Source: a virus
Virus record (IMG/VR): IMGVR_UViG_3300044769_000128
Coordinates: 1-62,761 of that record
Strand: one strand, 5' to 3'
Length of the DNA stretch: 62,761 bases
Shown: positions 25,450 through 33,984 of the stretch, piece by piece
How the letters are laid out: the number at the start of each line of letters is the position of its first letter
How positions within the stretch are numbered: position 1 is the stretch's first letter
Position numbers and translations under genes: made by a program
Notes under the pieces: generated by a model
Told to the model about the DNA's origin: nothing
The model's input: only the letters and a program-made list of their open reading frames with translations
Databases searched by the model: none

Positions 25450-25666
25450 GAACAAAGAGATCAGCGAGGCGGCAGAGGAGTACGTCAAGGCGCGCGACCG
25501 CAGGGTCCGGGCCTCGCGCCCGGAGATCGAAAAGAAAGAATCGCTGATCGCGCTGATGAAAAAACACAAGCTGACAACCTACAGCGACGATGAACTTACC
25601 GTGGAGCTAACCGTGGCCAAGGAAAAGATCAAGGTCACCGTCGGCAGTGAGGAAGAAGAAGATTAG
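25409..25666 (+). CDS. Hypothetical charged protein
   Basis: AAGGAG RBS before ATG 25409. 85 aa, K/E-rich. Confidence 0.55.
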   Translation: MARQMEVPGTEKVKNKEISEAAEEYVKARDRRVRASRPEIEKKESLIALMKKHKLTTYSDDELTVELTVAKEKIKVTVGSEEEED

Positions 25667-25699
25667 CTTCCTCGCTCACCCTCGCGTATAGTGCGCCAC

Positions 25700-26083
25700 A
25701 TGGCTGAACCACCTGAACTGTTGCAGAACCAGCATCCCATCGCGATCCGCATGGGTTCGATCACCGAGCATATCTTAGACTTCTACGAGTCGGTAGCCTC
25801 GCCCAAGAGCGACGAAGAACTCGCAGCGGTCGAGGAACTGTTCAAGAAATATCCCAAGGTGTGCGCCGCCAAGCTACGCATTGCCCCGACCCTGCTGAAT
25901 AAAGTTTTACCGAACCGATCGGTGCAGGTGCACAAGGTCACCACCAAGCGCGAGGACGTGCAGCGGCCAAAGAATCTAACGGCGAAGGAACTGCACGGCA
26001 TGGGACTGACCACGGATCAGTTGCGCAAGTTGGCCGGCATGGGTGCCGATATCGAGGAAGCGGAGGTCGAAGATGCCAAATGA
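25700..26083 (+). CDS. Hypothetical protein (position compatible with a small terminase, unverified)
   Basis: 127 aa upstream of the large terminase. HTH-like LTAKELHGMGLTTDQLRKLAG. Confidence 0.5.
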   Translation: MAEPPELLQNQHPIAIRMGSITEHILDFYESVASPKSDEELAAVEELFKKYPKVCAAKLRIAPTLLNKVLPNRSVQVHKVTTKREDVQRPKNLTAKELHGMGLTTDQLRKLAGMGADIEEAEVEDAK

Positions 26084-26345
26084 AATCGTGATTGTGATCG
26101 TGGTGCTACTACTCGTCTACGTCGCCATCGTTCTCACTCTTGGGTGCGTCACGCTAGTTAATGCGCTTCGACGGATTGACCAGCAGCTTGACGCCCTAGA
26201 CGACAGCGGCACGCCACCGGCAACTGCTGTCCCTAAACTGCCGCGGCTATCGCGCCGCATGCCCGAGCCGGAACCCGGCGGCACCAAGGTTTATCCCAAT
26301 GACAAAGAAGTGTGGGATCAAGGCTTGGAAAGAACCGATGTCTGA
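26073..26345 (+). CDS. Single-TM membrane protein
   Basis: GGAGG RBS. IVIVIVVLLLVYVAIVLTLGCVTLV segment. Confidence 0.55.
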   Translation: MPNEIVIVIVVLLLVYVAIVLTLGCVTLVNALRRIDQQLDALDDSGTPPATAVPKLPRLSRRMPEPEPGGTKVYPNDKEVWDQGLERTDV

Positions 26346-26430
26346 CTTCGGCTACGATACCCTACCTCTGGCCATCGGCTTTACTTTCGGCACACTGTTC
26401 GGTGCCTTCATCACCTGGCTGCTGACTTAA
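26338..26430 (+). CDS. Possible 30-aa membrane peptide
   Basis: MSDFGYDTLPLAIGFTFGTLFGAFITWLLT. Overlaps the upstream stop. Confidence 0.35.
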   Translation: MSDFGYDTLPLAIGFTFGTLFGAFITWLLT

Positions 26431-26447
26431 CCCTGGGAAGAATCGAA

Positions 26448-26681
26448 ATGCTTGAAAGATTTGCCGAAAAGCTTCACGTAATCCAAGCGCCCAAAGATGC
26501 GGTCTTAATGATCGAATATGACAGAGGCGCAATAACCGAGGAGCAGTGTGCAGCCGTTGTCGCTTGGCTCGAAAAACAAGGTTACAAAAGAGTCATCATG
26601 GTCGCGATACAACCGGGCCGGGGCAGGCTCACGCTCTCCGCAATCTACGACCGCAGTAAACCTGGGAAGAAACGACGATGA
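26448..26681 (+). CDS. Hypothetical protein
   Basis: 77-aa ORF. Confidence 0.6.
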   Translation: MLERFAEKLHVIQAPKDAVLMIEYDRGAITEEQCAAVVAWLEKQGYKRVIMVAIQPGRGRLTLSAIYDRSKPGKKRR

Positions 26682-26726
26682 CCTATTTCCTCCAACAACG
26701 AACTCATAAGCCGCGACCCTGAAGCT

Positions 26727-28415
26727 TTGCGCCGCACGGCGCGTCTCCTCGTCTACCAGCGAGACGAGGAACTGTTCTTCAAAGACCAGCTGCAAATCCA
26801 GACCAAGGCGATGACCAAGATTCGCTTTGCGCCCAACCCGGTCCAACTGCCGCTGATGAAGCTCGTCCGCGAGCAGAAAAAAACCATCGGCAAGATCCGG
26901 CTGATCATCTTCAAGTGCCGCCAACCGGGAATCAGCACTTGGTCGGCCGGCCTGGTCGCGCACAAGTATTTGCTCAACGACAACGTCTACGCCTTCACGA
27001 TCGCGCAGGACAAAAGCACCGTCGCCAATATCTTCAAGATGCACGAGATTTTCTACACCGGCATGGACGAGGATATCCGCCCGACGCAGCTGTATCACAC
27101 CAAGGGCACGGAGACCGTGGTAGGCGACGTCAGCACGCAAAGCCGGTTGCTGGTCGGCGAGGCGAAGAACATCAACGTCGGAACCGGGATGACCATCCAT
27201 GTGGTCCACGCTTCGGAATGCTGCCGCTACCCGTACCCGCAGCAGATCACCGACTCGCTGATCCCCGCGCTCTCGGACGCGCCCGGCACGGTTAGAATAT
27301 TCGAATCGACGGCGTTCCCCGCTCCCGGCGGCGTGTGGTTCAAATCGATGTGCGAGCGGGCCATGCGCGGGGAGACCGAATACAAGTTTCACTTCGTCGA
27401 GTGGTGGCGCATGCCGGAATACCAGATTCCGCTATCCAAGGGCGAGAAGCTGAAGCTTGGCGAGGAAGAAAAGACCCTGGTGCGCAGTCATGGTCTGTCG
27501 GTGGAGAACATCAAGTGGCGGCGCATGAAGATCGCCGATCTTGACGGCGACCTGGAAACCTTTCGCCAAAGCTACCCGATCACATTCGATGAAGGCTGGC
27601 AGCTCAAGGGGTCGACGGCCTTCGCCCGCGAGCGGCTGATGGAGATGCGCGAGATGATTCGCCCGCCACTGAAAACATTTTCAGTATTCCAAGATCGGCT
27701 GGTTCAAGATCCCGAAGGCGAGTTATCGGTATGGTTCGAACCGGAACCCGGTAAAACATACGATATTGGGGCCGACGTTGGCGGAGGCAGCGATATCGGC
27801 GACGCATCGACCGTTGAGGTCGTCGAACGCTATTCGCTGCGTCAGGTGGCCGAATGGCGCGGTTTTATCGACCCTGTGGATTTCGCTTACACGCTTGCCA
27901 CCATCGGGCGCTATTACAACAACGCCCAGATCGCGCCCGAGGTCGAGAAGTTCGGCATGGGCACGCTTGGAAGGCTTCAGCAGATATATACGAATATATT
28001 CGTTTGGAGGAAAAGAGATACGATCGTACCGGAATTCACGCATCAGTTGGGGTGGGCTACCAACCACACGTCCAAGCTGATGATCGTGGCGTTTGCCAGG
28101 CATTCGATCTGGCATCGCAAGGTCCAGGTCTATTCACTGGCTCTCTGGCAAGAACTAATGAACTATTCGCATGACACAACGCCGTCGGGGATGCACACCT
28201 ACAACGCGAGGCCAGGGGAGACCGACGATCTCGTGATGGCGTGGCTGATCGCGCTACAGACTTCCGACGATGAGAATATCTTGAAGTGGACCGAGCAGAA
28301 GATCGAGCTCCAACAGTCGCGCAAGAACGAGATCGCCGAGGAAGCTTATCGGGCGCAGCCGTTGACCGCGGTATCGCTCAGGGAACTGTCGGAGGAGATC
28401 GGGGATTGGAAGTGA
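26727..28415 (+). CDS. Terminase large subunit
   Basis: 562 aa. KCRQPGISTW Walker-A-like segment. Acidic nuclease-type motif DDLVMAWL near the C-terminus. TTG start (next in-frame ATG at 26811). Confidence 0.8.
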   Translation: MRRTARLLVYQRDEELFFKDQLQIQTKAMTKIRFAPNPVQLPLMKLVREQKKTIGKIRLIIFKCRQPGISTWSAGLVAHKYLLNDNVYAFTIAQDKSTVANIFKMHEIFYTGMDEDIRPTQLYHTKGTETVVGDVSTQSRLLVGEAKNINVGTGMTIHVVHASECCRYPYPQQITDSLIPALSDAPGTVRIFESTAFPAPGGVWFKSMCERAMRGETEYKFHFVEWWRMPEYQIPLSKGEKLKLGEEEKTLVRSHGLSVENIKWRRMKIADLDGDLETFRQSYPITFDEGWQLKGSTAFARERLMEMREMIRPPLKTFSVFQDRLVQDPEGELSVWFEPEPGKTYDIGADVGGGSDIGDASTVEVVERYSLRQVAEWRGFIDPVDFAYTLATIGRYYNNAQIAPEVEKFGMGTLGRLQQIYTNIFVWRKRDTIVPEFTHQLGWATNHTSKLMIVAFARHSIWHRKVQVYSLALWQELMNYSHDTTPSGMHTYNARPGETDDLVMAWLIALQTSDDENILKWTEQKIELQQSRKNEIAEEAYRAQPLTAVSLRELSEEIGDWK

Positions 28416-28736
28416 TTAGAGTATTTTTTCTAATTCATCTATTCGCTGAATTTTAGGGTAGTCTTTTAAAGCTAAATTGTATTTACAGTAAAAAGCTTCG
28501 AGTTCGTCCATCTGTTCGCGCCAGCCATAGCCGGGATACTTTTCTTCCATCTCAAGCATCATCTCCAAGTATTCCTGGCGCGTGACCTTGCCGGCAGCGT
28601 GTAGAATTTTAAAAGACGCTGCGGCATATTCCGGTGATGCCATTTCGCGTTTCCATTTTTCAATTTGCGCAAGTCCTACCCACTGAGGAGTTTCGCTTGG
28701 TCGGCCGGCGATTTTCTTTTTAGAGATTCTAGCCAC
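28416..28736 (-). CDS. Hypothetical protein (second gene of the inverted cassette)
   Basis: AAGGAG 6 nt before GTG 28736. Its stop abuts the terminase stop (TGATTA). AT-richer than the flanks. Confidence 0.6.
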   Translation of the reverse strand: MARISKKKIAGRPSETPQWVGLAQIEKWKREMASPEYAAASFKILHAAGKVTRQEYLEMMLEMEEKYPGYGWREQMDELEAFYCKYNLALKDYPKIQRIDELEKIL

Positions 28737-29442
28737 GGTAAGCTCCTTCGTAAATTTTAACTGCGTTTGAGTCATTCTTTGTAATAAAGTCGAAAGTGCA
28801 TTTCCAGTTTCCGTTGCCGGTTCCGAGCAGGAATCTCGAATCGCCGATGTTATCAAAAACCCTTTGCCAAAAGTCTAGCGTTCGATGCTCCTTGATTCGG
28901 ATTGCCGCTTTCTCGTATCGACTCCTGGTTAGAGGCCATTGAACTTTTGGAAGTCGGTTTTCAAAAATATCGTTCCAGCTGTCAACTAAATCCTGGACCG
29001 ACAATTCGGGCTTTTGAGACTCGGTCGAGCCGCTAGGCGGAAAGACATTTTCTTTGGGGGATATAGGGGGAGGTTGGAGAGGAGGGTTAGGAGGGAGGGA
29101 GGGAGGAGTAGATGCTTCGGCAGCTAACTTTCTATATTTCCCATAGTTACGTGCGTAAAGAACCTCTGGCTGACCACTGGCCGATAGCTGGCGGGGGTCC
29201 AGCCAGTGTCTGGCCAGCATCCAGCCAACCTCCCGCCGGACCGTGGCCGGGGTCTGGCGGACCTTCCGCGAGATAACGGAATCCCATCCTGAAACGAGTT
29301 TCCATGAGTTTTTTTCGCGGTCCAGAATGCTAAGAACTTCGGCCCAAGTTCTAAGCGCTCGGTCGCCAAAAGTATCGGTGAATTCCCAACCTTCACCGTC
29401 AGAGTTGAAATCCTGAGAAAAAGGGAAATATCGTGCTGGCAC
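28729..29442 (-). CDS. Putative replication-initiator / replisome-organizer-like protein
   Basis: AAGGAGG RBS with a GTG start. N-terminus YFPFSQDFNSDGEGWEF...WAEVLSIL resembles the DUF4373/Lin1244-type N-terminus. C-terminus FLLGTGNGNWKCTFDFITKNDSNAVKIYEGAY resembles phage replication-protein C-termini. This rests on memory only. Confidence 0.4.
   Translation of the reverse strand: MPARYFPFSQDFNSDGEGWEFTDTFGDRALRTWAEVLSILDREKNSWKLVSGWDSVISRKVRQTPATVRREVGWMLARHWLDPRQLSASGQPEVLYARNYGKYRKLAAEASTPPSLPPNPPLQPPPISPKENVFPPSGSTESQKPELSVQDLVDSWNDIFENRLPKVQWPLTRSRYEKAAIRIKEHRTLDFWQRVFDNIGDSRFLLGTGNGNWKCTFDFITKNDSNAVKIYEGAYRG
29056..29108 (+). repeat. Polypurine G-run tract with a G3-N-G3-N-G3-N-G3 core (29084..29103)
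   Basis: GGGGGATATAGGGGGAGGTTGGAGAGGAGGGTTAGGAGGGAGGGAGGGAGG on the plus strand. It encodes the Pro-rich hinge of the minus-strand gene. Confidence 0.8.
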
Positions 29443-29558
29443 CGTCTAATGCCTCCTTCCATACAAGGTTTGAGGGTGACGCCGGTGTGTATGGCACCGG
29501 CGCCGCGGATTCCCTCATTTTGATGCTTCAACAGCGGGTAGCTAATCCGCTGCGAAGC

Positions 29559-29587
29559 GTTTTATGCCCTTTGATCTACTATTGCAA
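29559..29587 (-). promoter_or_regulatory. Promoter-like element for the inverted cassette
   Basis: On the minus strand: TTGCAA, a 17-nt spacer, then TAAAAC. Two hairpins lie in the 5' leader that follows. Confidence 0.45.
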
Positions 29588-29611
29588 CATTTTTTTCATT
29601 TTCCTTATAAA
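29582..29611 (+). promoter_or_regulatory. Sigma70-type promoter for the 29686.. unit
   Basis: TTGCAA, a 17/18-nt spacer, then TTATAA/TATAAA. The self-complementary TTGCAA also serves the divergent promoter. Confidence 0.55.
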
Positions 29612-29685
29612 TTTGTCCTAAGCGTAGGATTTTCTTGCTATTGCAGCGAACAAAGAGTATGCAGACTCAACAAGGAGAACCGACC

Positions 29686-30249
29686 ATGGCCATCGAAGAA
29701 ATCGAAATAGACGGTGAGATAGTTGTGCTCAAAGACATCGACGACTTAACCGCCGATGAGTTCGCCTCGCTCAAGGGGACCAAACCCATGGGCGAGAAGG
29801 CGCTGGCGGCAAGGGCTGTGAAACGCGAAGCCGATGCCGCAGTGAATCAGTTGTTTAATCAATTGCGCAACTTGGTCGATTACGGCCACCAGTTTGCCGA
29901 CTGGCAACTCGACGTCGCCATGTCGACGATCTTCTGTAAGCTCGAGAAAGCCGATGCCGAGTGGATCAAAGAGTTATCTGCGCAGGTAGCGAGCCGGCCG
30001 ATCTGGCAGTTGTTCGCGGGCTGGTTCAAGCTGCTGCATGAGCGCGGCGAGACCACCGCGGCGATCTACGATACCGATTGGCAGACCACCGGCGAGGGCG
30101 AGAAGCCTAAAACCTTTTGCGCTTACGCGCCGTGTGGTGTGGAGTTTGTTGGTGAACGGGCTGGGCAGAAATTCCACAGCAATGCCTGTGGTGTCGCGCA
30201 GGAAAAACTAGATCGCGCGTCGGCCAAAGAAACATCAGCGAGTTGGTGA
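29686..30249 (+). CDS. Hypothetical protein with C-terminal Cys/His motif
   Basis: AAGGAG RBS. 187 aa. FCAYAPCG...KFHSNACG. Confidence 0.65.
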   Translation: MAIEEIEIDGEIVVLKDIDDLTADEFASLKGTKPMGEKALAARAVKREADAAVNQLFNQLRNLVDYGHQFADWQLDVAMSTIFCKLEKADAEWIKELSAQVASRPIWQLFAGWFKLLHERGETTAAIYDTDWQTTGEGEKPKTFCAYAPCGVEFVGERAGQKFHSNACGVAQEKLDRASAKETSASW

Positions 30250-30443
30250 TGGAAGCCGCATTCATTGTGGAAGATCCTGCTCATTTGTTTTTAATTGTCA
30301 TGCTAACGATCTTCGTTGGTTTTGCGTGGGCGCTATATCTGGATATAAAAAATACTTGCTTTTGTTTTCCGATGTGCGACCGCTGCAAAGCCAAGCAGCA
30401 AGAGCGGGAAATTTTGCGAAGCATGGGCAAAAGGCGTGAGTGA
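30243..30443 (+). CDS. Small membrane protein with CxxC
   Basis: 66 aa. LFLIVMLTIFVGFAWALYL, then CFCFPMCDRC. Confidence 0.5.
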   Translation: MVMEAAFIVEDPAHLFLIVMLTIFVGFAWALYLDIKNTCFCFPMCDRCKAKQQEREILRSMGKRRE

Positions 30444-30622
30444 AAGACATTTCCGTCATCGAGCGCGCGTGGAGCAATCGCGTCCATGAATTTCCCGACT
30501 ACGGCAAGCGCGAGCATATCAACTACGGGCTGTCCTGCTGGTGCAAGCCAGAAATCGAGCGCGTCTACGATCAGGACGATAATCTGATATCCTTCACGCT
30601 CGTCCATCATGTGATTCAATGA
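30440..30622 (+). CDS. Hypothetical protein
   Basis: GTG overlaps the upstream TGA. 60 aa. Confidence 0.5.
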   Translation: MKDISVIERAWSNRVHEFPDYGKREHINYGLSCWCKPEIERVYDQDDNLISFTLVHHVIQ

Positions 30623-31305
30623 AACCTCGACTCTTGGATTTATTTTGTGGCGCGGGTGGCGCCGGGATGGGCTACCACCGAGCGGGCTTTGAAGTCGTCG
30701 GCGTGGATATCAAAAGACAAAAAAACTATCCGTTCACTTTCATTCAAGGCGATGCGCTCAATCCTCCGATAAAACTTTCAGAGTTCGCCGCGATCCACGC
30801 GAGCCCACCGTGTCAGGCCCATACTTCGCTACGAAAAATGTGGAACAAAAAACCGCACGATGATTTAATTCCAGCAACACGCCGCTTCCTCGAAGAATCG
30901 GGACTGCCATGGGTGATGGAAAATGTTCCAGGTGCACCGTTGAAAAATCCGTTTCGCTTGTGCGGGACAATCTTCGGCTTGAAAACTTTATGCGGTGCGG
31001 AACTACGTCGGCACAGATACTTCGAGAATAGCGGCTTCTTCGCACTCACGCCGGAGTGCAATCATGGGCGAACGGTGCCGGGAGTCTACGGTGGTCACAT
31101 ACGAGACCGTTGTCGAACGATCACGATTACTGGCAACACGCCGCAGCAAAACGTAGTCAGAAATCGCGTCAGACAAACTTTCTCGATCGAGGCGGCGCGC
31201 GTTGCCATGGGTATCGATTGGATGAATATGAGCGAGTTGAGTCAAGCAATACCACCGGCCTATACTAATTTCATCGGCTCGCAGTTAGCCAAGTCTCTAA
31301 AGTAA
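30619..31305 (+). CDS. DNA (cytosine-5) methyltransferase, compact form (paralog 1)
   Basis: Motif I DLFCGAGG, motif IV SPPCQ, motif VI ENVPGAP, C-terminal QAIPPAYTNFIG. Confidence 0.85.
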   Translation: MKPRLLDLFCGAGGAGMGYHRAGFEVVGVDIKRQKNYPFTFIQGDALNPPIKLSEFAAIHASPPCQAHTSLRKMWNKKPHDDLIPATRRFLEESGLPWVMENVPGAPLKNPFRLCGTIFGLKTLCGAELRRHRYFENSGFFALTPECNHGRTVPGVYGGHIRDRCRTITITGNTPQQNVVRNRVRQTFSIEAARVAMGIDWMNMSELSQAIPPAYTNFIGSQLAKSLK

Positions 31306-31329
31306 CCCTGGGGGAAACGAAACTATGCA

Positions 31330-33105
31330 GTGCCGCACTTTGGAAAAGAAGATGAACTGATCCGCATGCTGACGCTCCTCGACGAGGAGTGTGAAACCCA
31401 ACGCGCTAAACTGGTCTCGCGCGCCAAGGACAACCTCGAAATTGTCCGCGGCCCCGGCCAGTGGAAGATGAAGCGCAACCCCTACTTTCTCTACAACGTC
31501 ATCGAAAAAAATATCGAAGCGAAAGTCTCGAAGTTAGCCGAAACCAAACCCACCATTCGCGTGATGCCGGACAGGCCCGGCGTGGAGGAAAGCTGCAATG
31601 TCATTCAGACGTGCGTGGAAGCGATATGGGATAATCGTCACATGGAGTCTCGGATTGAGCGGCTCGGTTATTTTGGGGCTATCATGGGGGCTGGCTTTGC
31701 AGGCACCCCATTTAATCGAGAACTTAACAACGGCGATGGTGATATTGATTTTGTCGCTAGGGATCCTCGCAGCGTCGGCTTCGATACTGCTATCGTGGAC
31801 TCTACCGATATCGACGGAGGAGAATTCGTCGAAATCCAAGACGTAATGCCGCTGGATATCATCCAGAACACGTTTCCTGGACGCGGCGGGCTAGTGACCC
31901 GCGACGACCGCCTCTCCGTTTTCGAAGAACCCGGTAAGACTCCCATGGGCGCGATCAAGACCGCGATCCAACGCTGGACCGGCGGCGTCCAGGGCGCGAC
32001 CAAGGGATCCGCCATCCCGCGCTGCATGGTGAAGGAATTCTGGATCAAGGATCGGCGGAGTTCCAGCGACAACGCGGGCCAATTCCCAATCATCGAAGGA
32101 CTCACGAGTTACGCACTGGACGGCAAGCCGTTTCCCGGCGGGAGAAGAATCCTCACGTCCATGGGCGACGGCGGCATGATAATCCTCAAAGACGAGTACA
32201 ACCCGTATTGGGACGGCGCACCGCCGACCGATATGCTCTCTTGGCGCGTCGATCTCGAATCGGCCTGGGGGCCGGACGAAGTCCAGCGCATGAAGCGGGT
32301 CCAAGAAGCGATCAATAGAATCGGCGACGCTTATACCAAAAATATGATTCTGAACTCTGTCGAGCGCATGGTGGTGGACAAAGGCGCGCTCGATAAAGAC
32401 GAACTCGACAAGCTATCGAACGAAGCGGCGCAGATCATCTACAAAAATCCCGGCCGGGAATTCAAGCACGACGTCCCGCCGCCGCTGCCGCCGGAAACCC
32501 TGCCGTTCATCAACCGCCTGATCGAACTCAGCGAAGTCATTTGCGGCACCGCCGACTCGGCTTTGCAAAAGCGCGTACCGTCGATTGTCACCGGACCGGC
32601 CGTCGAAGGACTGCAACTCGCCGTGGAGACCGCCCAGAGAGCGGTGGCGCGGCGACTCGAGGACTTCTTGCAGCGGGTCGGCCAAAAGCTGATCTCCCGC
32701 ATATTCCAGTATTACACCACCGATCGGCTGCTCCATTATGTCGGCCCGACCCAGGAATGGACCCAGTTCATGTTCGAACGGAGCAAAATCCTGGTGTCGA
32801 CCGATCATAAGAACGGCACCAAGAAGCTCCGAAATCCCGAGGATATTCGGAAAGCCTACATGGACTTCAAGTTCAAGGTCGAGCCGGGGTCGTCCCTCGC
32901 CGTGGCGCGGGCGCAACGAAGCATGATGAAATTTCAATTCGCGCAGCAAGGGTGGCTGCCCCCGTGGGAAGCCATGAAGGAACTGGGCATAGACAACGCC
33001 GAAGAAAAGTACAATGCTGCGCAAAAGGAAATCCAAGCGGGCCGCATGCAGGCGCCGACGCCCAGCAAACAGGGCGGGCAAATCTCAAAAGCGATCGGAA
33101 TGTAG
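31330..33105 (+). CDS. Portal protein (probable)
   Basis: 591 aa. It is the largest non-terminase ORF between the terminase and the scaffold/capsid genes. Called on position and size, with no signature checked. Confidence 0.6.
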   Translation: MPHFGKEDELIRMLTLLDEECETQRAKLVSRAKDNLEIVRGPGQWKMKRNPYFLYNVIEKNIEAKVSKLAETKPTIRVMPDRPGVEESCNVIQTCVEAIWDNRHMESRIERLGYFGAIMGAGFAGTPFNRELNNGDGDIDFVARDPRSVGFDTAIVDSTDIDGGEFVEIQDVMPLDIIQNTFPGRGGLVTRDDRLSVFEEPGKTPMGAIKTAIQRWTGGVQGATKGSAIPRCMVKEFWIKDRRSSSDNAGQFPIIEGLTSYALDGKPFPGGRRILTSMGDGGMIILKDEYNPYWDGAPPTDMLSWRVDLESAWGPDEVQRMKRVQEAINRIGDAYTKNMILNSVERMVVDKGALDKDELDKLSNEAAQIIYKNPGREFKHDVPPPLPPETLPFINRLIELSEVICGTADSALQKRVPSIVTGPAVEGLQLAVETAQRAVARRLEDFLQRVGQKLISRIFQYYTTDRLLHYVGPTQEWTQFMFERSKILVSTDHKNGTKKLRNPEDIRKAYMDFKFKVEPGSSLAVARAQRSMMKFQFAQQGWLPPWEAMKELGIDNAEEKYNAAQKEIQAGRMQAPTPSKQGGQISKAIGM

Positions 33106-33107
33106 GA

Positions 33108-33782
33108 TTGGCGATTGCCTCAAAGCCTAGATTGCTAGATTTATTTTGCGGCGCTGGCGGCGCCGCGATGGGCTATCACCGCGCGGGCTTTGAAGTCGTT
33201 GGCGTCGATATCAAACCGCAAAAGCATTATCCCTTCGAGTTTCACCAAGCCGACGCTATGACCTACCCGCTGGACGGCTTCCATGTCATTCATGCGAGCC
33301 CCCCGTGTCAGAAATACACTAAAGCGAGCAAGCAATGGCGGATAAATGGCAAGGGATATTTCGATTTGATTCAGCCAATTAGAGAACGATTGAGTGCAAG
33401 CGGCGTCTCTTATGTCATTGAGAACGTGCCAGGAGCGCCGTTAATTGAACCGACTATGCTCAATGGCGCTATGTTTGGGATGAAGGTACTAAGACGCAGG
33501 TATTTTGAAACCAGTCCTCAATTAGATTTTATCCTTGTCCCATCTGATCCGGCAGCGACATTCAAAATGGGCCGCATGGTAAAGGATGGCGATATGATTA
33601 CGCCGGTGGGTCACTTTACAAATGTGGCCTATGCTAAAAAAATAATGGGCGTTGATTGGATGAACCGCGACGAACTCTCTCAAGCCATCCCGCCTGCCTA
33701 CACGGAATTTATCGGCAAGCAATTACTCGGATGTAGGATTATCGGGCACCCCGAACGTAGCATAGTTAGGAATTTAGATTGA
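33108..33782 (+). CDS. DNA (cytosine-5) methyltransferase, compact form (paralog 2)
   Basis: DLFCGAGG, SPPCQ, ENVPGAP, QAIPPAYTEFIG. No ATG is available. TTG at 33108 lies 3 nt after the portal TAG. Confidence 0.8.
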   Translation: MAIASKPRLLDLFCGAGGAAMGYHRAGFEVVGVDIKPQKHYPFEFHQADAMTYPLDGFHVIHASPPCQKYTKASKQWRINGKGYFDLIQPIRERLSASGVSYVIENVPGAPLIEPTMLNGAMFGMKVLRRRYFETSPQLDFILVPSDPAATFKMGRMVKDGDMITPVGHFTNVAYAKKIMGVDWMNRDELSQAIPPAYTEFIGKQLLGCRIIGHPERSIVRNLD

Positions 33783-33880
33783 CATGTGGCCGCATTAGTC
33801 GTATTGGCTTTAACTGTTAGTCGTTACTCCGTAAGATCTTGAGCGGGGTTCTTGGTCGGCCCCCGTTCTCGAAATTAAGC

Positions 33881-33923
33881 ACGCCTGGGAAACGAGTTGT
33901 TTTCCCGGCGTGTTTTTTTATTT
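33881..33923 (+). terminator. Strong Rho-independent terminator
   Basis: ACGCCTGGGAAA...TTTCCCGGCGT stem followed by GTTTTTTTATTT. Confidence 0.75.
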
Positions 33924-33984
33924 GGCGGGCGATGGTCCCGTTTCCCAGGACGCGACTGTCGCCCGTTAGAGAAGAAAAAAAAGA

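Noticed and set aside
26505-27392. 295-aa minus-strand ORF inside the terminase gene. Similar long antisense ORFs occur at 4809..5588, 11376..12182, 48980..49999, 55629..56603 and 60236..60946.
   Set aside because: All lie antisense to or overlapping strongly supported plus-strand genes. They have Arg/Gly/Ala/His-rich junk composition typical of shadow frames in GC-rich DNA, and they lack RBS or coupling signals.
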